Origin: an uncultured Candidatus Saccharibacteria bacterium
GTDB lineage: Bacteria > Patescibacteriota > CALEFQ01 > G965231055
Direction: 5' to 3'
NCBI GenBank assembly: GCA_965231055.1
Contig: OZ246411.1
Location: forward strand, 798,500-843,892
Length of the DNA stretch: 45,393 nt
Below the pieces are notes generated by a model, which was not told the origin of the DNA, searched no databases, and saw only the letters and a program-made list of their open reading frames with translations. The position numbers and the translations under genes were made by a program. Shown one piece after another: positions 39,381 to 45,393 of the stretch. Positions within the stretch are counted from its first letter, which is position 1. Every line of letters starts with the position of its first letter.

Positions 39381-42300
39381 TTATCGTTTCACCCCAAACA
39401 CCACAATAGCTTTCTCTTTAGTTTTAAACTGAACTTGCTTATCAAATTCGGGACTAAATCTGTCCGTAGTATCGGTTTTGAGAATATCTTTTGCGAGTGT
39501 TTCTTTGGCGATATATTCCGAGTGATCCTCAAATGCTTTTACAACTTCGGCGTCTTTTGTGGTCCATGAAACATAGATCTTGTCATCTACATTGAAGTTA
39601 GCAGCTTTTCTCATGTCCTGAATTACCCTCACTATATCTCGAGCGAGTCCTTCAGTTTTAAGCGCATCCGTAATTTCAAGATTCAAAGCCACCATGAGTT
39701 TGTCAAAACTTTCAACTCCGTATCCCTTCTTGGCATCCCAAGTTTCAAAAAATTCAGATGAATCAAGTTTCTCCCCCATAACTTCAAGAAGTCCTTCTTT
39801 CAATTCATAACCCCCCGTCTCCATAGCTTTTTTTACAACAGGCAATTTATCCTTTAACTTTCTTCCCACTTTCCTAAAATTCAAAGCTACCTTTTTCACA
39901 GCGAACTCATCTGCCTTCGTAAAGTCTTCTTCAAATTTCACTAGCTTAACATTGAGCTCTGAGGAAATTGTGGCAGTAGCCTCCGAAGAAAGCTTACAAC
40001 CAAAAACCAATAACTCACTAAGCGGTTGTCTCACTCCTATATTGTTTTTCTCTCTTACAGCTCTTGCAAGTCCAACTATTTCTATAACCTGATTCATCTC
40101 TTTACTCAAATCTTCATCAATCAAGCTTTTGTCAGCTTTGGGAAAATCGCACAGATGAACTGACTCGGGATCTTTTTTGGATTTCAGGTTTTGATACATT
40201 GATTCTGTCAAAAACGGAACAAATGGAGCCAATAATTTTACGAGTGTAAACAAAACAGTGTATAGAGTTGAGTATGCAACCATTTTATCTCCATCATTTT
40301 CTGACTTCCAAAATCTTCTTCTGGATCTTCGCACATACCAATTGGCCAGTTTTTCCACAAATGCTTCCGTGTCTTGCATAGCGATATGCACAGAATAGTT
40401 ATCAAGGTTCTTTTCCGATTTCTGAATCAGTAAATTCAGTTCAGACAAGATATAACTATCAAGCTTACTTAGTTTATTTTTATCCAAAACTACTTTGTTT
40501 GGATCAAACTCATCTATCTCGGCATAGGTCACAAAGAAAGAATACACATTCCAAAGTAAAAGAATTTTCTTGCGATTTTCATCTGCTACGTTGTAACCAA
40601 AAAGCATATTCTGGGTTGGATTTTGTTTGGCATACATCCACCTCATAACATCCACGCCCATCTTCTCTGCGCCATCATCAAACCAAATAGCATTGCCAGC
40701 TGATTTATGCATCTCTTTCCCTTGCTCATCTTTTACCAAAGAATGTCCGAGCAAAGTTCTATAGGGATTGGTGTTTTCAAGCACGGTGCTCATTGCAATA
40801 AGTGCATAAAACCAGTTACGAAATTGTCCGGGAAAACATTCAAGCACCAAGTCAGCAGGAAACCACTTTTTCCAATACTCTTTGTCTTCAAAATATTTCA
40901 TCGTGGAGAAAGGCACTATTCCAGCATCAAGCCAAGGATTTCCCACATCTGGAATTCTTGAAATAGTTTTTCCACATTTGGAACATTCTATTTTCACTTT
41001 ATCTACCCATGGTTTATGAGGAGTATTTCCCTCAAATTCTTCCCATCCTTCTACTGCCCTTTCTCTTAGTTCTTCTTTTGAACCTATTACGTCAAAATTT
41101 CCACAGCTGCATTCCCAGATTGGCAAAGTAAGTCCCCAGTAACGTTTTTTGGAGATCATCCAATCATGCATATTTTTTAGCCAGTCAAGTTCACGAGCTA
41201 GTCCAAATTCCGGAATCCATTTGATTTTTTTCGCTACTTCCATCATATCTTTTCTTGGCTCGTCCATGGAAATATACCACTCATCCACCACACGCCACAC
41301 AAGCTCTTCTTTGCATCTCCAGCATATCGGATATCTGTGAGTAAAACTTGCGAGCTTGAATAAGTGCTTTTCTTGCTTTTTTAGATAATCCAAAATTATC
41401 TCGGGATTATTTTTTGCATTTTGTTTTGTAAATTCACCGAGTCCATTTAGATAATTTGCAGCTTCATCTATCACGGCTAGTACCGGAAGCTTTTTTTCTT
41501 TACCAAGCACAAAGTCCTCAGCACCACATCCTGGAGCGATATGAACTATTCCCGTTCCATCAGTTGCGGTCACAAGTTCTTTACTCAATACAGATGAGTG
41601 AAAAGTATCTGGATTTTCTGCTTTGGCTTTTTGCACTCTTTCTAGATCATCAAACGGTCCAGCGTAATGCAATTTTTCTAGCTTGTCGCCTTTCATTTTT
41701 TCTATCTCTTTCCAATCTTTTCCAAGTACTTTTTCTTTTAAGGCCACACACATAATCAATTTTTCTCCATCTTTCTCGTAAACACCATATTCCAATTCTG
41801 GGCTAAGTGCTACGGCAACATTGGCAGGAATGGTCCAAGGTGTAGTCGTCCACACCAAAAACTGCTCGCCTTTGCGCTCTATAATAGGCAATTTGAAATA
41901 TACAGATTTATGAGTAAGATCCTTGTATCCACCTTCCGAAATTTCATGTTGAGAAAGTGCAGTACCACATCTTGGGCACCATGGCACAGAATCTACTCCT
42001 TTATATAGATAATCCTTTTCTTTGCATTTTTTAAGGAAATGCCAAATAGCATAATTGTTTTCGTCAGACATGGTGTAATAGCTATTGTCCCAATCCATCC
42101 ATTCAGCAAGCCTCTTTGATTGCTCAGTTTGAATACCCGAATATTTTTTTACTCTCTCTTTGCATTTTTGTACAAATTTTTCTACGCCGTAGTTTTCAAT
42201 ATCTTTTTTGCTTTTGAATCCAAGCTCCTTTTCCACTTCTACTTCCACCCAAAGCCCCTGACAGTCAAAACCATTTTGGTATCGCTGATCAAATCCCTGC

Positions 42301-42521
42301 ATCGTCTTGTAGCGCTGAAAAAGATCTTTTAGGCTTCTTCCCCATGCATGATGAACTCCCATGGGATTGTTTGCCGTGATCGGACCATCAAGAAAAGACC
42401 AAGTCTTTTTGCCCTTGTTTTTTACTTGGTATTTTGAGAAGGTTTTGTTTTCATCCCAAAATTTCTGAACCTCGTGTTCTAGTTTTACGAAATCTTGTTT
42501 TGGATCTACTTTTTTGAACAT
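39381..42521 (-). CDS. ileS: Isoleucine--tRNA ligase, type 2
   Basis: FLDGPITAN, GVHH, WTTTPWT, GTGIVHIAPG, DWMISKKRYWG, EMHKS; IleRS2-like C-terminus (EGLARDIVRVIQDMRK). Confidence 0.96.
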   Translation of the reverse strand: MFKKVDPKQDFVKLEHEVQKFWDENKTFSKYQVKNKGKKTWSFLDGPITANNPMGVHHAWGRSLKDLFQRYKTMQGFDQRYQNGFDCQGLWVEVEVEKELGFKSKKDIENYGVEKFVQKCKERVKKYSGIQTEQSKRLAEWMDWDNSYYTMSDENNYAIWHFLKKCKEKDYLYKGVDSVPWCPRCGTALSQHEISEGGYKDLTHKSVYFKLPIIERKGEQFLVWTTTPWTIPANVAVALSPELEYGVYEKDGEKLIMCVALKEKVLGKDWKEIEKMKGDKLEKLHYAGPFDDLERVQKAKAENPDTFHSSVLSKELVTATDGTGIVHIAPGCGAEDFVLGKEKKLPVLAVIDEAANYLNGLGEFTKQNAKNNPEIILDYLKKQEKHLFKLASFTHRYPICWRCKEELVWRVVDEWYISMDEPRKDMMEVAKKIKWIPEFGLARELDWLKNMHDWMISKKRYWGLTLPIWECSCGNFDVIGSKEELRERAVEGWEEFEGNTPHKPWVDKVKIECSKCGKTISRIPDVGNPWLDAGIVPFSTMKYFEDKEYWKKWFPADLVLECFPGQFRNWFYALIAMSTVLENTNPYRTLLGHSLVKDEQGKEMHKSAGNAIWFDDGAEKMGVDVMRWMYAKQNPTQNMLFGYNVADENRKKILLLWNVYSFFVTYAEIDEFDPNKVVLDKNKLSKLDSYILSELNLLIQKSEKNLDNYSVHIAMQDTEAFVEKLANWYVRRSRRRFWKSENDGDKMVAYSTLYTVLFTLVKLLAPFVPFLTESMYQNLKSKKDPESVHLCDFPKADKSLIDEDLSKEMNQVIEIVGLARAVREKNNIGVRQPLSELLVFGCKLSSEATATISSELNVKLVKFEEDFTKADEFAVKKVALNFRKVGRKLKDKLPVVKKAMETGGYELKEGLLEVMGEKLDSSEFFETWDAKKGYGVESFDKLMVALNLEITDALKTEGLARDIVRVIQDMRKAANFNVDDKIYVSWTTKDAEVVKAFEDHSEYIAKETLAKDILKTDTTDRFSPEFDKQVQFKTKEKAIVVFGVKR

Positions 42522-42547
42522 AATATTAGATTAAAAATACAAAATAA

Positions 42548-43180
42548 TTACTTAAGATTTTTTACAAAATAGCATAGCCAGATTGTCTCGGAGCCATCCT
42601 TTTCCCTTTCAATCTTTTTGGTTTTTTTCAAAACTTCAAAACCCGACATCTTCAAAATATTGGCAAACTCACTTTGATCATAAAAAACGAAATACCTTTT
42701 TATATCCTTATAATTTCTATGATCTATATATCCCTCATCCAATTTCCTTTTTTCTTTAATAGATATAAATCCCGTACCATCATCTTTGACAATGCGCTTT
42801 ATTTCAGAAAGCACGTCTTTTATATCTTTTCTGGCAACATGTAAAAGCGACGCTGCTGCCCAAAAACCATCAAAAGTATTGTCAGCAAATTTCATATCAA
42901 AAAAATCCATCTCAAAAAAAGTACCTTCGGGAATTCGATTTTTTGCTCGTCCAATCATTTCTTCGGAAAAATCCACTCCAACACATTTATAGCCAGAATT
43001 AGTGAGCATCTCAGAATCTCTTCCTGATCCGCACCCCACATCAATAATTTTTCCTTTATTTAGTAATTGTTTGAATTCCTTCAATTCATCTTCCCAAAAA
43101 AATGCAAAATTTCTCGCACTAAATTCTTTGGCAATTCTATTATAAGCATTCTTTGTTTCAATTTTATATCCTTTTTCCAT
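42548..43180 (-). CDS. Class I SAM-dependent methyltransferase
   Basis: IIDVGCGSGRD, GVDFSEEM, FDGFWAAASLLH. Confidence 0.9.
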   Translation of the reverse strand: MEKGYKIETKNAYNRIAKEFSARNFAFFWEDELKEFKQLLNKGKIIDVGCGSGRDSEMLTNSGYKCVGVDFSEEMIGRAKNRIPEGTFFEMDFFDMKFADNTFDGFWAAASLLHVARKDIKDVLSEIKRIVKDDGTGFISIKEKRKLDEGYIDHRNYKDIKRYFVFYDQSEFANILKMSGFEVLKKTKKIEREKDGSETIWLCYFVKNLK

Positions 43181-43218
43181 TTATAATTTATTATCTATTA
43201 ATTGGTAATGCCTAGATC

Positions 43219-43305
43219 TGGTGCTGAGGGCGGGAGTTGAACCCGCAAGAGCAAAAGCTCACAGCGACCTGAACGCTGCGCGTCTGCCAATTCCGCCACC
43301 CCAGC
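43219..43305 (-). tRNA. tRNA-Leu(CAG)
   Basis: GCTGGGG/CCTCAGC acceptor stem, CAGCG-TTCAGGT-CGCTG anticodon arm, long variable arm, GGTTCAACTCC, encoded CCA. Confidence 0.97.
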
Positions 43306-43314
43306 AAATTCGTC

Positions 43315-43439
43315 GTCATTCCCGCACTCACCTTCGTGAGTGTAAACTCCGACGGGAATCCATGCAAAATCACTTTATTGGATTTTTGCAATAAGTTACT
43401 AAGTGTCTTACCATGGACCCCTGCCTTCGCAGGGGTGAC
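43315..43439. repeat. Inverted pair of GTCATTCCCG..CGGGAATCCA-type (dRS3/RPE-like) palindromic repeats with a nested hairpin
   Basis: GTCATTCCCG[CACTCAC-CTTC-GTGAGTG-TAAACTCCGA]CGGGAATCCA ... TGGACCCCTGCCTTCGCAGGGGTGAC. Confidence 0.75.
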
Positions 43440-43442
43440 ACT

Positions 43443-43740
43443 AAAAAAAGCGCCCTTACAAAACCTGAATAATTTCAAGTCTTGCAAGAACGCTTTTAAT
43501 TTGAGCAGACCTTTCGGCAAGCTCAAGGTAAACGTGGTACCATCTTGCTTCCCGCTATCAAACGAAGTTTTTTGCGGGCTTAATTATACCTTTTACAGAA
43601 GGTCTCCGGAAGCATTTACTAGAGGAGCTAGGTGTTAGGTTTCGGGTTTCAGCTCACAACGAACCTAAAACCTAAAACCTATCACCTAAAACCTATTTTC
43701 TCGCTTCAGCTTTCCCGGTGATAACCGAGATAATAACGCT
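43443..43740 (-). ncRNA. T-box riboswitch, Ile (AUC) specifier, ultrashort Stem I, with intrinsic terminator
   Basis: Stem I UCUCGG-UUAUCA-CCGGGA; Stem II GAAGC-GAGAA...AGUA-AAU-GCUUC; IIA/B pseudoknot ACCU/AGGU; Stem III CCCGC/GCGGG; antiterminator GCAAGA-UGGUACC-ACG / CGU-UCUUGC; overlapping terminator plus U7. Confidence 0.9.
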
Positions 43741-43764
43741 TTTTTAAATTTTGAATGTACCAAT

Positions 43765-43793
43765 AATTTACATTCATAAACACAAATTGTCAA
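43765..43793 (-). promoter_or_regulatory. Sigma70-like promoter of the T-box leader
   Basis: TTGACA-N17-TAAATT on minus strand, about 25 nt upstream of Stem I. Confidence 0.7.
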
Positions 43794-44021
43794 CTAACCA
43801 ATATGGCTAAATCTATCCATAACTCTACCGTCTTTCTCAACTTTTTCTGCAAACATTTTTAGCGGTCTTACCCACATCGTACCAATTGGAAAATCTTTTG
43901 ATGCATGTAGGTTTTTATAAATCACAAGATCTTCAAGTGTTTCCGAGTGTTTTGCTATTCCGATAACCTCGTATTCTCCTCCTTTGAAGTGTCTATATTT
44001 TCCAAGTTTAATATTTTGCAT
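43794..44021 (-). CDS. DUF1653-like protein
   Basis: GKYRHFKG..YEVIGIAKHSET.E.LVIY...WVRP..MF. Confidence 0.88.
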   Translation of the reverse strand: MQNIKLGKYRHFKGGEYEVIGIAKHSETLEDLVIYKNLHASKDFPIGTMWVRPLKMFAEKVEKDGRVMDRFSHIG

Positions 44022-45133
44022 TATAAATTCTTAATTGAATTCAATATCTCTCTTGCGGCTTTTTCAAAACTAAATCGTTTTATATTGTCATACCCCTTAC
44101 CAATAAGCTCTTTTCTTAGTTCCTCGTCCTCAACTATTTTCAAAAGCCCGTCGGCAATACTCTTTAAATCCTCTGGATCTACATACAGCGCGCTATCTCC
44201 TCCAATTTCCGGCATTGATGATACATTCGAAGTAAGTACTGGCACTCCCACACTTTGCGCCTCCAAAATAGGAAGTCCAAATCCTTCAAACAATGAAGGA
44301 AAAGCGAGAGCCAAGGAGTTTTTAAGTAGCGCCCATTTTTCTTCTTTGGTCAGATACTCTGTTATTACAACTCCGTGAACTGCCTTTGAATCTTTCACGA
44401 TACCTTCAGAGTTCCACCCAATCTTACCTCCCAAAACCAATTTTATATCTGGATGAAATTTTTTAATCCGATAATACGCTTCGATCAACATGCGAAGATT
44501 TTTGCGTGGCTCAAGTGTGCCAAGAAACAACAAATATTTATTTTTTTGTAAGCCAAATTTATTCGCAATACTTTCAAAATCTCCATCGGATCCACCGCTC
44601 ATATTATCAGTAAGCCCCTCATAAACCACATCAATCTTGTTTTCATTCACTCCAAAAATTTTGATAATATCCTGTTTGGTAAACTTGGATACAGCAAAAA
44701 TTTTGCTAGCTTTTTTTATACTGCTAGGCACTAAAAATCTTTTTGAAAACCACTGTCCAGAAGGAAACCACTCGGGATTGCTATATATCGCTAGATCGTG
44801 AATAGTTATCACTGACTTTCCTTTGTAAAAGAATGGCAAATAATTTGCAGGTCCCCAAAGAATATCCAGATTCTCTGATACAAAAGCTTTGTGTATCTTG
44901 AAATGCTTGGCTAGTCCATTGAACTCTGGAATTTTTACAATCTTGATTTTGGCACTCAAGTCCAGTAGCTCTTTTTCGTCATAATCTTTTCGCGCAAATA
45001 GAATTAGATCATTAGCATCAAGATCCAGTTGCTTTATCATTTCTTTTACGACACAAAGAATATAAAGCCCAATACCACCCCACTTGCCACCTTTGGGATC
45101 ATATATTTCTCTTATGTCTATTCCTATACGCAT
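44021..45133 (-). CDS. Glycosyltransferase family 4 (GT-B)
   Basis: MRIGID, TIHDL, GTLEPRKN, FPSLFEGFGLPILEA. Confidence 0.95.
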   Translation of the reverse strand: MRIGIDIREIYDPKGGKWGGIGLYILCVVKEMIKQLDLDANDLILFARKDYDEKELLDLSAKIKIVKIPEFNGLAKHFKIHKAFVSENLDILWGPANYLPFFYKGKSVITIHDLAIYSNPEWFPSGQWFSKRFLVPSSIKKASKIFAVSKFTKQDIIKIFGVNENKIDVVYEGLTDNMSGGSDGDFESIANKFGLQKNKYLLFLGTLEPRKNLRMLIEAYYRIKKFHPDIKLVLGGKIGWNSEGIVKDSKAVHGVVITEYLTKEEKWALLKNSLALAFPSLFEGFGLPILEAQSVGVPVLTSNVSSMPEIGGDSALYVDPEDLKSIADGLLKIVEDEELRKELIGKGYDNIKRFSFEKAAREILNSIKNL

Positions 45134-45134
45134 A

Positions 45135-45197
45135 GTTTTAGGTTTTAGGTGATATTAGTAGAACTAGGTGAATTAGGTTTTAGGTGTCAGGTTTTAG
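45135..45197 (+). repeat. Degenerate heptamer tandem array (TAGGTTT/TAGGTGA)
   Basis: TAGTTT TAGGTTT TAGGTGA ... TAGGTGA AT TAGGTTT TAGGTGT CAGGTTT TAG. Confidence 0.7.
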
Positions 45198-45236
45198 CGG
45201 CTAACGAATAGTATATTTCATGTAGCAATGGGGTTT

Positions 45237-45315
45237 GGGGTGTTCAACTGTTGGAGCGTCCTCTTGAGAGTCATGGAGTGTTATATCTTTGCAACTAGCG
45301 ACTTTTGAACACCCC
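45237..45315. mobile_element. Putative miniature inverted-repeat element (no transposase)
   Basis: 11-bp perfect terminal inverted repeat GGGGTGTTCAA / TTGAACACCCC around 57 bp of non-coding DNA. Confidence 0.45.
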
Positions 45316-45327
45316 ACAAACCTTTTG

Positions 45328-45393
45328 GTTACTTTTCAGTTGTGAAAAGTAACTCTGCGAAGCACAACGTCGACGTCTGGATCCCCGATCAAG
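45328..45393. repeat. Palindromic repeats at window end
   Basis: GTTACTTTTCA-GTTG-TGAAAAGTAAC hairpin; truncated TGGATCCCCGATCAAG unit similar to 43414-43439. Confidence 0.55.

Noticed and set aside
43212-43638. ORF-track entries 43212-43526 (-) and 43336-43638 (+)
   Set aside because: They overlap tRNA-Leu, palindromic repeats and the T-box; no protein motifs, so spurious.
691-44378. Numerous short antisense or overlapping ORFs in the track
   Set aside because: Shadows of well-supported genes, lacking motifs or initiation signals.
1-45393. Alternative genetic code (UGA=Gly, as in Gracilibacteria/SR1)
   Set aside because: Conserved genes are full-length under code 11, with no in-frame TGA interruptions.

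Overview
AT-rich bacterial chromosome segment (code 11), most consistent with a Patescibacteria/CPR-type genome; this is inferred from gene content, short intergenic regions and the rarity of Shine-Dalgarno sites. Most of it is housekeeping: gmk (partial), hisS, lepB, LCP protein, pth, mfd, dprA-topA, long RelA/SpoT, parAB, tatD-metG-rsmI, three peptidases, glyQS, superoxide reductase and rubrerythrin, mscS, tgt, recO, ileS and two tRNA-Leu genes. The best unannotated signal is a complete minus-strand T-box riboswitch (43443-43740). It has an actinobacterial-style ultrashort Stem I with an Ile (AUC) specifier but a transcription-terminator platform, carries repeat insertions in two loops, and lies upstream of tRNA-Leu(CAG), a methyltransferase and an IleRS2 with a GVHH/EMHKS active site. 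The second signal is a set of orphan genes (8.2-9.3, 28.6-30.6 and 38.2-39.2 kb) packaged as stand-alone modules. Each has its own promoter (mostly TTGACA-N17-TAGnnT) and a strong SD, most have a boxA-like motif and a hairpin terminator, and two share a duplicated 46-47 bp terminator/-35 junction. Several core genes, by contrast, look leaderless. No CRISPR array, integrase or transposase was seen.
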